A stretch of 59,730 nt of DNA, the filler included, from Stramenopiles sp. TOSAG23-6 (lineage: Eukaryota), in assembly GCA_900128565.1 (NCBI GenBank). It is 12 parts of 12 records of this genome, joined end to end, with 100 filler letters (N's around TTAATTAATTAA, not from the genome) between each part and the next. Parts side by side here need not be neighbours in the genome. Positions count along the whole stretch, not along the records: positions 44,930 to 49,796 come from LT637028.1; positions 49,897 to 54,763 come from LT637029.1; positions 54,864 to 59,730 come from LT637030.1; 9 more parts are not named here. One strand, 5' to 3'. Each line of letters begins with the position of its first letter. Position 1 is the stretch's first letter. This document shows positions 44,930 to 59,074 of the stretch, in pieces. The notes under the pieces are model-generated. The model did no database searches. It was given only the letters and a program-made list of their open reading frames with translations, and was not told the DNA's origin. The position numbers and the translations under genes were made by a program.

Positions 44930-47575
44930 TCAGAATTATTTTCAGAATTATTTTCAGAATTATTTTCAGAATTATTTTCAGAATCATCTTGAACGAGTGT
45001 GCTTCCATACGTCATTTCAGTTTGTTTTCGTGTTTCTTCTTCTTCAATACTACGCTGAAATAACATTGGTGGTAGAGCAGCCAAAATTTCCAAACTTTTT
45101 TGACGAACGATATGTGATGTATGCATAAGATTTTCATTTTCAATGGTAATGGTGTAAATGTCACTGCGTAACTTTTCAAGTATTTTTTTTCGCCTATTTT
45201 TATCTGACAAAGTTTTACTTTGTTCATTATTCATACTGACATTAATTGTATCAAGTTTATCTACAATTGCTTCAGTAAAAATTGTCATTGCAGTCAACAC
45301 AGCGATATCATGTGGATGATCACTAAACCAGGAAATTATATTTTCTGAAATATTGTGTACATAACTGTCAATACCACACCACTGACTTCTCGTACACAAA
45401 CCTGCCAAGGCTTCAGCTGCAATTAATGTTTTACGTTTTTCAACTGACATTTGACTTATATTACAAATAGAAGTATCATTATTAGTATGACTCTTATCAT
45501 GTAAAGACAAAGTTGTGAAAATATTCACGAGACTTTCGCCAAATAATGATAAGTCATTTAGATCTACAGGTTTTGATTCGTACACAGGAAGTAGTGACGT
45601 CATACATCGTAATAAGCTCCATGTTGTACAGTCATTCTGAAACCCTACACCAAAACCTTTTTTCGTATCAAAATTCCTGCCTAATTCTTTTTTATCACGA
45701 TTCTTCAATAATAATGCAACTTTTGGTAATAATTCAAGTGGAACGTTCAAAGACGAAATACTCTTTGTACCTAATTTTGTACCTAATACTTTTGCCTGTG
45801 GTAATACAGGTAGAACAAACTCTCGGAGAAATTCAAGTAATAATAAAGATTTTTTTACTTCCACCGAAATAAATCTGGTAACAACTTGAAGTATAATTGG
45901 TGCAATAATAGATGCGAATGTCTCAATAGCTTTTTTCGAATTTTTATGTTGACCTCCCATAGCAGGTATCATACACTCTAAGCTTGATAATACTTCACCT
46001 GGTCGAATTGAAAATAAATTAGAAATTCCAGTTGTAGTTGGAAATAAATTAGAAGAAATTAAAGTCTTCAAAGGATGAACTGTATTAGAATGGACAGAAT
46101 TATTTTGCAACGCCACAAATGAGGCAGCAAATAATTCTAATATAGTTTCGTGTAATGCAGTGATAGTAGTATCTAATTCGACAACATGTTTTGTATTTTT
46201 CAAGTCATCGTTTTGTTCTGTACTCTTTTTTTTACTACTTTTCCATTGTACACATTTTTGGGTAAAGCTTAATAGTTTCGGCAAAACACTTTGTAACGTC
46301 TTTCCTTCCTCTTCACAAACCAATTTCCCCTGATGATGACCGACCCAAAATCGCAATTGTTCGATAAGTTGTGTGATGTATAATAAATCATCGACGTGTA
46401 AAGATGAAATATCTTGCTTTATCATATTGGATAGAATTTTGTCGATGTTACAATGTAGACTTGACCAAATTAAACTACAATTGTATTTTGACGTATAATT
46501 TCGCATCAAACTAAATGTCTTATGACATATTTCATATATAATAAGCATTTCTTCATTATTTTCCTCATTAGTATTATCATTTTTGTGTTTTGGATGAAAC
46601 GATTCCAACATCATATTAACTAGTCCTTCTCCTAAACGAGAATGAAATTGACCTTTAATATTCTTCACAGTTTCAAAGAGTAATCGTGAAATACATGTAC
46701 TGTGAAAAAATATTTAAAAAAAAAAATTGTTAGGTACAAAATTTCGTACGAAAATAAAAACAAAATTGAAAAAAAAATGAAAACGTACCATCGTGTACAT
46801 CCGGATTATTAGCACCAGATCCTGAAGAGACGGCATATAAAATACTTCGAATATGTTGACAAGCAGTAGATAAGGAAAGTCTACGTAACATATATGAAAA
46901 ACAGTCTGCTCCATAGTGACGAATGAAAGGTTTTTTATGTCCTAATGTAGGACCATAAAATTGTTGTATTGAGGATATATCATTTCGCAATTGTTTTGAC
47001 ATATGTTTCATGATGATCGAAATCGTTTTAAATAACTGTGCAGACTTCTCTGGACTTGATGGATCTAAGAGTTTCAACAAGCATGACGTCACTTTTGAAA
47101 AGTAGGGCCAAATATCTTCTCCCAAGTCACGAAATAGAATTCCTGTCAAGACCAATAAGGAATTTCTAGCTGCCGTAATACAACTTCCCTTAACTTCCAA
47201 ATGTTTGATTAATATCTGAATCACTTTTTCTAAGTTATGCAATAATAATGGAAGTGATTGTGATAGAGGGGCTACTTCTTTCCAGAAAGCTTTGAAGTGT
47301 GGAGAATTATCCAGCTCTTCGTGACGCAGTCGGAGCTCATCTTGAAAGAACCACTCTCTGTCATCGTCACGTTCGCAAAGTTTACCTCTAGTCAATGCCT
47401 TCCGTGCCTCAACAACCTGCGCCTTTTGATTACGAAAATGAAATCGCTTTGTACGTTGCTTCTTTGTCAACTGAAGTGTCTCCGGTGGGAGGATACCTGT
47501 TGCTGCTGCTTGTCGGAGTCTCTTTCTGTCCCTTCTATTATGAGCATCCATCATACCTGGAGCAATACCCGGCAT
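44930..47575 (-). CDS. UTP20: UTP20 N-terminal part, copy 2
   Basis: Same as 1-2646, unmasked. Confidence 0.75.
46695..46788 (-). mobile_element. Family intron GT...AT, 94 nt, in UTP20 (also 51662-51755, 56629-56722)
   Basis: GAT G|GTACG ... TTTCGTACGAAATTTTGTACCTAAC ... CACAGTACAT|GT ATT gives HDGISRLLFE. Confidence 0.8.
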
Positions 47576-48135
47576 TGTAGTGCAATGTACTATACGATTA
47601 TACTAATTTATTCAACCCTTATATCAATGGTATGTGCAATATTTGTTTATACCAGAAAGTACACGTAGATAATCAGAATATTCCTTGTTCTGGTATCCAG
47701 CACAATAACTGTTAGTAGTACAGTCAAGAAAGACACACGGAAGACAAAGCTTCGCTGGCTTCATTATACGATGAGTAGAGGTTAAGCCAAGCAGGTTTGT
47801 GATTTTTTTTGACTAATCAAATGATCCTTGAATGGATGGCCATTGGTCTTCTTCGAGAATCTCTTTTGTGTTTGTGTCAAAATAAACAAGAGACATTTTT
47901 CACCACTAACTCGTAAGTAATTTCTCTTTAAGACTTAGATGCAATACCATTCACGTAGATACATTGTAAAGGATACAATACTCTTTGTATTTGAATTGGT
48001 TTGATTCTTTGCGTGTCTTTTTGTTTGTATCTGTGTAATATCTTATTCTTTTAACTTCAACATTATATGAAACACTCACTGTTCCTCATTTACACCTCTG
48101 TATACCACACTTTATAGAACGAAAAAAACTTTATA

Positions 48136-48922
48136 ATGGCGACTCCTGATCTTGCTCAGTTGAGTTCAATATGCCCGGTATCAGCTCCATTCTTTGGATT
48201 TATGGGTGTAAGTTCTGCACTCGTTTTTTCTAGTAAGTTATCATCTTATATTCTAACCGCTGTTGACATCTATCCAAAGTTGTGAAACCAANTNCCCCCC
48301 CCCCATCACTCACTGTTGGCTCTTTATACACTCTAGCTGCATTGTCCATTTCATATACAATGCAGTCATTTTAGACTAGTATTTCAGTAAAATATATCCG
48401 AATGACGTATTTGAAAATATCGTAAAATAACTCATTGTCACTGTTTTTCATTACTATCCTTTTACTATTATAGACCTAGGAGCTGCGTATGGTACTGCAA
48501 AATCTGGTGTTGGAATTGCTTCGATGGGTGTATTTAATCCAAACGATGTGATGCGTAACATTATCCCAGTTATTATGGCTGGNGTCCTTGGTATATATGG
48601 CCTCATCACATCTGTAATTCTTAGCTCACAAATTCAGGGTCCAACAAATAAGGACTCTGTTGGCATTCATGGAACATACACTGCCTTTGACGGCTATCGT
48701 CACCTCGCATCTGGATTAACATGTGGTCTCAGTGGTCTTGCAGCAGGTATGGCTATTGGTGTTGTTGGAGATGCTGGGGTGCGTGCTGTAGGACAACAAC
48801 CTCGTCTTTATGTGCCTTCCGTTCTTGTACTAATTTTTTCTGAAGCTTTAGCGTTGTATGGACTTATTGTTGGTATCATCCTCGGAGTTGCTCAAAGTAA
48901 TGATTCGTGCATAATGAAATAA
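48136..48922 (+). CDS. VMA3: V-ATPase subunit c, copy 2 (intron 48233-48473)
   Basis: Same as 3207-3993. Confidence 0.95.
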
Positions 48923-49140
48923 TAATTGTTTGTGATGGTGTGAGGAATGTATTTCCTGATATTCTACGTAATGGTGAGGTATCCGCAATGTATGTGTGAA
49001 AAAGTTTTTAACCTTGCTATTGAACAGTTCATTGAGGCACAAATCAAAGACAAATTCATTTTTTTTATTCTAAAAGATGTAAATGTTGATATATTTTCCT
49101 ATATACTTTTTTATTTTTTTATATTAATAACTATGAAACG

Positions 49141-49796
49141 TTAAACAGCGCCTAATTCACTCATTTCCGCCATAAAAGCAGAAAAATCTCCACTTACTTC
49201 TTTTTCAGTTCCGACTGTTGTTGAAGGCTTTGGAGGTGGCGGTGGAACAACCTTTCTTTTGATTTGTCTCTTTGGTTTTGTCTTTGGTCGCGGACGACGT
49301 CGAAGAGATTTTGGTTTCATAAGTAGAAGATCCGCTTGAATAGGCACTTTGACGGTTGTCATTTTTGATTTCGTGTTTTGTGTATAATGATGAAGTTGTT
49401 GTTGACTATTTGGATCATATTGATAATTGTGTTGTTGTTGATTGTAATTCTGTACATTTCCTTCATTGCCAGTGAGACCAAAACGAGCATTATGCCGCAA
49501 AATCTCTCCAGGAGATTTTAGATTTTTGGTTGACTTCATTTTTTTGTCCTGTGGTAGATATCCTGCCTGCTGCTTTGACATTGACGTCATATTATTTGTT
49601 CTATTTATACTTTGTTTTATGCTATTAATTCTATCTTCTACTACAGGCTGAATGCCCATCTGATTATTCAGATTTTTAGCAGGAGCGTTCATCATCATAG
49701 TAGAAGTACTCTTAATCTGATTCAAATTCATATGTGGTATGTATTGATTATTTGTTTGTGGTGGCATTCCTGGTGGATATTGATTATTTGTTGGTG
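49141..49796 (-). CDS. WBP11-like C-terminus, copy 2
   Basis: Same as 4212-4867. Confidence 0.4.
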
Positions 49797-49896
49797 NNNN
49801 NNNNNNNNNNNNNNNNNNNNNNNNNNNNNNNNNNNNNNNNTTAATTAATTAANNNNNNNNNNNNNNNNNNNNNNNNNNNNNNNNNNNNNNNNNNNN

Positions 49897-52542
49897 TCAG
49901 AATTATTTTCAGAATTATTTTCAGAATTATTTTCAGAATTATTTTCAGAATCATCTTGAACGAGTGTGCTTCCATACGTCATTTCAGTTTGTTTTCGTGT
50001 TTCTTCTTCTTCAATACTACGCTGAAATAACATTGGTGGTAGAGCAGCCAAAATTTCCAAACTTTTTTGACGAACGATATGTGATGTATGCATAAGATTT
50101 TCATTTTCAATGGTAATGGTGTAAATGTCACTGCGTAACTTTTCAAGTATTTTTTTTCGCCTATTTTTATCTGACAAAGTTTTACTTTGTTCATTATTCA
50201 TACTGACATTAATTGTATCAAGTTTATCTACAATTGCTTCAGTAAAAATTGTCATTGCAGTCAACACAGCGATATCATGTGGATGATCACTAAACCAGGA
50301 AATTATATTTTCTGAAATATTGTGTACATAACTGTCAATACCACACCACTGACTTCTCGTACACAAACCTGCCAAGGCTTCAGCTGCAATTAATGTTTTA
50401 CGTTTTTCAACTGACATTTGACTTATATTACAAATAGAAGTATCATTATTAGTATGACTCTTATCATGTAAAGACAAAGTTGTGAAAATATTCACGAGAC
50501 TTTCGCCAAATAATGATAAGTCATTTAGATCTACAGGTTTTGATTCGTACACAGGAAGTAGTGACGTCATACATCGTAATAAGCTCCATGTTGTACAGTC
50601 ATTCTGAAACCCTACACCAAAACCTTTTTTCGTATCAAAATTCCTGCCTAATTCTTTTTTATCACGATTCTTCAATAATAATGCAACTTTTGGTAATAAT
50701 TCAAGTGGAACGTTCAAAGACGAAATACTCTTTGTACCTAATTTTGTACCTAATACTTTTGCCTGTGGTAATACAGGTAGAACAAACTCTCGGAGAAATT
50801 CAAGTAATAATAAAGATTTTTTTACTTCCACCGAAATAAATCTGGTAACAACTTGAAGTATAATTGGTGCAATAATAGATGCGAATGTCTCAATAGCTTT
50901 TTTCGAATTTTTATGTTGACCTCCCATAGCAGGTATCATACACTCTAAGCTTGATAATACTTCACCTGGTCGAATTGAAAATAAATTAGAAATTCCAGTT
51001 GTAGTTGGAAATAAATTAGAAGAAATTAAAGTCTTCAAAGGATGAACTGTATTAGAATGGACAGAATTATTTTGCAACGCCACAAATGAGGCAGCAAATA
51101 ATTCTAATATAGTTTCGTGTAATGCAGTGATAGTAGTATCTAATTCGACAACATGTTTTGTATTTTTCAAGTCATCGTTTTGTTCTGTACTCTTTTTTTT
51201 ACTACTTTTCCATTGTACACATTTTTGGGTAAAGCTTAATAGTTTCGGCAAAACACTTTGTAACGTCTTTCCTTCCTCTTCACAAACCAATTTCCCCTGA
51301 TGATGACCGACCCAAAATCGCAATTGTTCGATAAGTTGTGTGATGTATAATAAATCATCGACGTGTAAAGATGAAATATCTTGCTTTATCATATTGGATA
51401 GAATTTTGTCGATGTTACAATGTAGACTTGACCAAATTAAACTACAATTGTATTTTGACGTATAATTTCGCATCAAACTAAATGTCTTATGACATATTTC
51501 ATATATAATAAGCATTTCTTCATTATTTTCCTCATTAGTATTATCATTTTTGTGTTTTGGATGAAACGATTCCAACATCATATTAACTAGTCCTTCTCCT
51601 AAACGAGAATGAAATTGACCTTTAATATTCTTCACAGTTTCAAAGAGTAATCGTGAAATACATGTACTGTGAAAAAATATTTAAAAAAAAAAATTGTTAG
51701 GTACAAAATTTCGTACGAAAATAAAAACAAAATTGAAAAAAAAATGAAAACGTACCATCGTGTACATCCGGATTATTAGCACCAGATCCTGAAGAGACGG
51801 CATATAAAATACTTCGAATATGTTGACAAGCAGTAGATAAGGAAAGTCTACGTAACATATATGAAAAACAGTCTGCTCCATAGTGACGAATGAAAGGTTT
51901 TTTATGTCCTAATGTAGGACCATAAAATTGTTGTATTGAGGATATATCATTTCGCAATTGTTTTGACATATGTTTCATGATGATCGAAATCGTTTTAAAT
52001 AACTGTGCAGACTTCTCTGGACTTGATGGATCTAAGAGTTTCAACAAGCATGACGTCACTTTTGAAAAGTAGGGCCAAATATCTTCTCCCAAGTCACGAA
52101 ATAGAATTCCTGTCAAGACCAATAAGGAATTTCTAGCTGCCGTAATACAACTTCCCTTAACTTCCAAATGTTTGATTAATATCTGAATCACTTTTTCTAA
52201 GTTATGCAATAATAATGGAAGTGATTGTGATAGAGGGGCTACTTCTTTCCAGAAAGCTTTGAAGTGTGGAGAATTATCCAGCTCTTCGTGACGCAGTCGG
52301 AGCTCATCTTGAAAGAACCACTCTCTGTCATCGTCACGTTCGCAAAGTTTACCTCTAGTCAATGCCTTCCGTGCCTCAACAACCTGCGCCTTTTGATTAC
52401 GAAAATGAAATCGCTTTGTACGTTGCTTCTTTGTCAACTGAAGTGTCTCCGGTGGGAGGATACCTGTTGCTGCTGCTTGTCGGAGTCTCTTTCTGTCCCT
52501 TCTATTATGAGCATCCATCATACCTGGAGCAATACCCGGCAT
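49897..52542 (-). CDS. UTP20: UTP20 N-terminal part, copy 3
   Basis: Identical repeat. Confidence 0.75.
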
Positions 52543-53102
52543 TGTAGTGCAATGTACTATACGATTATACTAATTTATTCAACCCTTATATCAATGGTAT
52601 GTGCAATATTTGTTTATACCAGAAAGTACACGTAGATAATCAGAATATTCCTTGTTCTGGTATCCAGCACAATAACTGTTAGTAGTACAGTCAAGAAAGA
52701 CACACGGAAGACAAAGCTTCGCTGGCTTCATTATACGATGAGTAGAGGTTAAGCCAAGCAGGTTTGTGATTTTTTTTGACTAATCAAATGATCCTTGAAT
52801 GGATGGCCATTGGTCTTCTTCGAGAATCTCTTTTGTGTTTGTGTCAAAATAAACAAGAGACATTTTTCACCACTAACTCGTAAGTAATTTCTCTTTAAGA
52901 CTTAGATGCAATACCATTCACGTAGATACATTGTAAAGGATACAATACTCTTTGTATTTGAATTGGTTTGATTCTTTGCGTGTCTTTTTGTTTGTATCTG
53001 TGTAATATCTTATTCTTTTAACTTCAACATTATATGAAACACTCACTGTTCCTCATTTACACCTCTGTATACCACACTTTATAGAACGAAAAAAACTTTA
53101 TA

Positions 53103-53889
53103 ATGGCGACTCCTGATCTTGCTCAGTTGAGTTCAATATGCCCGGTATCAGCTCCATTCTTTGGATTTATGGGTGTAAGTTCTGCACTCGTTTTTTCTAG
53201 TAAGTTATCATCTTATATTCTAACCGCTGTTGACATCTATCCAAAGTTGTNAANCNAACTNCCCCCCCCCCATCACTCACTGTTGGCTCTTTATACACTC
53301 TAGCTGCATTGTCCATTTCATATACAATGCAGTCATTTTAGACTAGTATTTCAGTAAAATATATCCGAATGACGTATTTGAAAATATCGTAAAATAACTC
53401 ATTGTCACTGTTTTTCATTACTATCCTTTTACTATTATAGACCTAGGAGCTGCGTATGGTACTGCAAAATCTGGTGTTGGAATTGCTTCGATGGGTGTAT
53501 TTAATCCAAACGATGTGATGCGTAACATTATCCCAGTTATTATGGCTGGNGTCCTTGGTATATATGGCCTCATCACATCTGTAATTCTTAGCTCACAAAT
53601 TCAGGGTCCAACAAATAAGGACTCTGTTGGCATTCATGGAACATACACTGCCTTTGACGGCTATCGTCACCTCGCATCTGGATTAACATGTGGTCTCAGT
53701 GGTCTTGCAGCAGGTATGGCTATTGGTGTTGTTGGAGATGCTGGGGTGCGTGCTGTAGGACAACAACCTCGTCTTTATGTGCCTTCCGTTCTTGTACTAA
53801 TTTTTTCTGAAGCTTTAGCGTTGTATGGACTTATTGTTGGTATCATCCTCGGAGTTGCTCAAAGTAATGATTCGTGCATAATGAAATAA
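53103..53889 (+). CDS. VMA3: V-ATPase subunit c, copy 3
   Basis: Identical repeat. Confidence 0.95.
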
Positions 53890-54107
53890 TAATTGTTTGT
53901 GATGGTGTGAGGAATGTATTTCCTGATATTCTACGTAATGGTGAGGTATCCGCAATGTATGTGTGAAAAAGTTTTTAACCTTGCTATTGAACAGTTCATT
54001 GAGGCACAAATCAAAGACAAATTCATTTTTTTTATTCTAAAAGATGTAAATGTTGATATATTTTCCTATATACTTTTTTATTTTTTTATATTAATAACTA
54101 TGAAACG

Positions 54108-54763
54108 TTAAACAGCGCCTAATTCACTCATTTCCGCCATAAAAGCAGAAAAATCTCCACTTACTTCTTTTTCAGTTCCGACTGTTGTTGAAGGCTTTGG
54201 AGGTGGCGGTGGAACAACCTTTCTTTTGATTTGTCTCTTTGGTTTTGTCTTTGGTCGCGGACGACGTCGAAGAGATTTTGGTTTCATAAGTAGAAGATCC
54301 GCTTGAATAGGCACTTTGACGGTTGTCATTTTTGATTTCGTGTTTTGTGTATAATGATGAAGTTGTTGTTGACTATTTGGATCATATTGATAATTGTGTT
54401 GTTGTTGATTGTAATTCTGTACATTTCCTTCATTGCCAGTGAGACCAAAACGAGCATTATGCCGCAAAATCTCTCCAGGAGATTTTAGATTTTTGGTTGA
54501 CTTCATTTTTTTGTCCTGTGGTAGATATCCTGCCTGCTGCTTTGACATTGACGTCATATTATTTGTTCTATTTATACTTTGTTTTATGCTATTAATTCTA
54601 TCTTCTACTACAGGCTGAATGCCCATCTGATTATTCAGATTTTTAGCAGGAGCGTTCATCATCATAGTAGAAGTACTCTTAATCTGATTCAAATTCATAT
54701 GTGGTATGTATTGATTATTTGTTTGTGGTGGCATTCCTGGTGGATATTGATTATTTGTTGGTG
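54108..54763 (-). CDS. WBP11-like C-terminus, copy 3
   Basis: Identical repeat. Confidence 0.4.
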
Positions 54764-54863
54764 NNNNNNNNNNNNNNNNNNNNNNNNNNNNNNNNNNNNN
54801 NNNNNNNTTAATTAATTAANNNNNNNNNNNNNNNNNNNNNNNNNNNNNNNNNNNNNNNNNNNN

Positions 54864-57509
54864 TCAGAATTATTTTCAGAATTATTTTCAGAATTATTTT
54901 CAGAATTATTTTCAGAATCATCTTGAACGAGTGTGCTTCCATACGTCATTTCAGTTTGTTTTCGTGTTTCTTCTTCTTCAATACTACGCTGAAATAACAT
55001 TGGTGGTAGAGCAGCCAAAATTTCCAAACTTTTTTGACGAACGATATGTGATGTATGCATAAGATTTTCATTTTCAATGGTAATGGTGTAAATGTCACTG
55101 CGTAACTTTTCAAGTATTTTTTTTCGCCTATTTTTATCTGACAAAGTTTTACTTTGTTCATTATTCATACTGACATTAATTGTATCAAGTTTATCTACAA
55201 TTGCTTCAGTAAAAATTGTCATTGCAGTCAACACAGCGATATCATGTGGATGATCACTAAACCAGGAAATTATATTTTCTGAAATATTGTGTACATAACT
55301 GTCAATACCACACCACTGACTTCTCGTACACAAACCTGCCAAGGCTTCAGCTGCAATTAATGTTTTACGTTTTTCAACTGACATTTGACTTATATTACAA
55401 ATAGAAGTATCATTATTAGTATGACTCTTATCATGTAAAGACAAAGTTGTGAAAATATTCACGAGACTTTCGCCAAATAATGATAAGTCATTTAGATCTA
55501 CAGGTTTTGATTCGTACACAGGAAGTAGTGACGTCATACATCGTAATAAGCTCCATGTTGTACAGTCATTCTGAAACCCTACACCAAAACCTTTTTTCGT
55601 ATCAAAATTCCTGCCTAATTCTTTTTTATCACGATTCTTCAATAATAATGCAACTTTTGGTAATAATTCAAGTGGAACGTTCAAAGACGAAATACTCTTT
55701 GTACCTAATTTTGTACCTAATACTTTTGCCTGTGGTAATACAGGTAGAACAAACTCTCGGAGAAATTCAAGTAATAATAAAGATTTTTTTACTTCCACCG
55801 AAATAAATCTGGTAACAACTTGAAGTATAATTGGTGCAATAATAGATGCGAATGTCTCAATAGCTTTTTTCGAATTTTTATGTTGACCTCCCATAGCAGG
55901 TATCATACACTCTAAGCTTGATAATACTTCACCTGGTCGAATTGAAAATAAATTAGAAATTCCAGTTGTAGTTGGAAATAAATTAGAAGAAATTAAAGTC
56001 TTCAAAGGATGAACTGTATTAGAATGGACAGAATTATTTTGCAACGCCACAAATGAGGCAGCAAATAATTCTAATATAGTTTCGTGTAATGCAGTGATAG
56101 TAGTATCTAATTCGACAACATGTTTTGTATTTTTCAAGTCATCGTTTTGTTCTGTACTCTTTTTTTTACTACTTTTCCATTGTACACATTTTTGGGTAAA
56201 GCTTAATAGTTTCGGCAAAACACTTTGTAACGTCTTTCCTTCCTCTTCACAAACCAATTTCCCCTGATGATGACCGACCCAAAATCGCAATTGTTCGATA
56301 AGTTGTGTGATGTATAATAAATCATCGACGTGTAAAGATGAAATATCTTGCTTTATCATATTGGATAGAATTTTGTCGATGTTACAATGTAGACTTGACC
56401 AAATTAAACTACAATTGTATTTTGACGTATAATTTCGCATCAAACTAAATGTCTTATGACATATTTCATATATAATAAGCATTTCTTCATTATTTTCCTC
56501 ATTAGTATTATCATTTTTGTGTTTTGGATGAAACGATTCCAACATCATATTAACTAGTCCTTCTCCTAAACGAGAATGAAATTGACCTTTAATATTCTTC
56601 ACAGTTTCAAAGAGTAATCGTGAAATACATGTACTGTGAAAAAATATTTAAAAAAAAAAATTGTTAGGTACAAAATTTCGTACGAAAATAAAAACAAAAT
56701 TGAAAAAAAAATGAAAACGTACCATCGTGTACATCCGGATTATTAGCACCAGATCCTGAAGAGACGGCATATAAAATACTTCGAATATGTTGACAAGCAG
56801 TAGATAAGGAAAGTCTACGTAACATATATGAAAAACAGTCTGCTCCATAGTGACGAATGAAAGGTTTTTTATGTCCTAATGTAGGACCATAAAATTGTTG
56901 TATTGAGGATATATCATTTCGCAATTGTTTTGACATATGTTTCATGATGATCGAAATCGTTTTAAATAACTGTGCAGACTTCTCTGGACTTGATGGATCT
57001 AAGAGTTTCAACAAGCATGACGTCACTTTTGAAAAGTAGGGCCAAATATCTTCTCCCAAGTCACGAAATAGAATTCCTGTCAAGACCAATAAGGAATTTC
57101 TAGCTGCCGTAATACAACTTCCCTTAACTTCCAAATGTTTGATTAATATCTGAATCACTTTTTCTAAGTTATGCAATAATAATGGAAGTGATTGTGATAG
57201 AGGGGCTACTTCTTTCCAGAAAGCTTTGAAGTGTGGAGAATTATCCAGCTCTTCGTGACGCAGTCGGAGCTCATCTTGAAAGAACCACTCTCTGTCATCG
57301 TCACGTTCGCAAAGTTTACCTCTAGTCAATGCCTTCCGTGCCTCAACAACCTGCGCCTTTTGATTACGAAAATGAAATCGCTTTGTACGTTGCTTCTTTG
57401 TCAACTGAAGTGTCTCCGGTGGGAGGATACCTGTTGCTGCTGCTTGTCGGAGTCTCTTTCTGTCCCTTCTATTATGAGCATCCATCATACCTGGAGCAAT
57501 ACCCGGCAT
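54864..57509 (-). CDS. UTP20: UTP20 N-terminal part, copy 4
   Basis: Identical repeat. Confidence 0.75.
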
Positions 57510-58069
57510 TGTAGTGCAATGTACTATACGATTATACTAATTTATTCAACCCTTATATCAATGGTATGTGCAATATTTGTTTATACCAGAAAGTACACGT
57601 AGATAATCAGAATATTCCTTGTTCTGGTATCCAGCACAATAACTGTTAGTAGTACAGTCAAGAAAGACACACGGAAGACAAAGCTTCGCTGGCTTCATTA
57701 TACGATGAGTAGAGGTTAAGCCAAGCAGGTTTGTGATTTTTTTTGACTAATCAAATGATCCTTGAATGGATGGCCATTGGTCTTCTTCGAGAATCTCTTT
57801 TGTGTTTGTGTCAAAATAAACAAGAGACATTTTTCACCACTAACTCGTAAGTAATTTCTCTTTAAGACTTAGATGCAATACCATTCACGTAGATACATTG
57901 TAAAGGATACAATACTCTTTGTATTTGAATTGGTTTGATTCTTTGCGTGTCTTTTTGTTTGTATCTGTGTAATATCTTATTCTTTTAACTTCAACATTAT
58001 ATGAAACACTCACTGTTCCTCATTTACACCTCTGTATACCACACTTTATAGAACGAAAAAAACTTTATA

Positions 58070-58856
58070 ATGGCGACTCCTGATCTTGCTCAGTTGAGTT
58101 CAATATGCCCGGTATCAGCTCCATTCTTTGGATTTATGGGTGTAAGTTCTGCACTCGTTTTTTCTAGTAAGTTATCATCTTATATTCTAACCGCTGTTGA
58201 CATCTATCCAAAGTTGTNAANCNAACTNCCCCCCCCCCATCACTCACTGTTGGCTCTTTATACACTCTAGCTGCATTGTCCATTTCATATACAATGCAGT
58301 CATTTTAGACTAGTATTTCAGTAAAATATATCCGAATGACGTATTTGAAAATATCGTAAAATAACTCATTGTCACTGTTTTTCATTACTATCCTTTTACT
58401 ATTATAGACCTAGGAGCTGCGTATGGTACTGCAAAATCTGGTGTTGGAATTGCTTCGATGGGTGTATTTAATCCAAACGATGTGATGCGTAACATTATCC
58501 CAGTTATTATGGCTGGNGTCCTTGGTATATATGGCCTCATCACATCTGTAATTCTTAGCTCACAAATTCAGGGTCCAACAAATAAGGACTCTGTTGGCAT
58601 TCATGGAACATACACTGCCTTTGACGGCTATCGTCACCTCGCATCTGGATTAACATGTGGTCTCAGTGGTCTTGCAGCAGGTATGGCTATTGGTGTTGTT
58701 GGAGATGCTGGGGTGCGTGCTGTAGGACAACAACCTCGTCTTTATGTGCCTTCCGTTCTTGTACTAATTTTTTCTGAAGCTTTAGCGTTGTATGGACTTA
58801 TTGTTGGTATCATCCTCGGAGTTGCTCAAAGTAATGATTCGTGCATAATGAAATAA
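58070..58856 (+). CDS. VMA3: V-ATPase subunit c, copy 4
   Basis: Identical repeat. Confidence 0.95.
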
Positions 58857-59074
58857 TAATTGTTTGTGATGGTGTGAGGAATGTATTTCCTGATATTCTA
58901 CGTAATGGTGAGGTATCCGCAATGTATGTGTGAAAAAGTTTTTAACCTTGCTATTGAACAGTTCATTGAGGCACAAATCAAAGACAAATTCATTTTTTTT
59001 ATTCTAAAAGATGTAAATGTTGATATATTTTCCTATATACTTTTTTATTTTTTTATATTAATAACTATGAAACG

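Noticed and set aside
45764-45787. TTTGTACCTAAT twice inside UTP20 (also a single match near 10236)
   Set aside because: Resembles the core but is antisense to the gene, lacks both termini and encodes in-frame LGTKLGTK.
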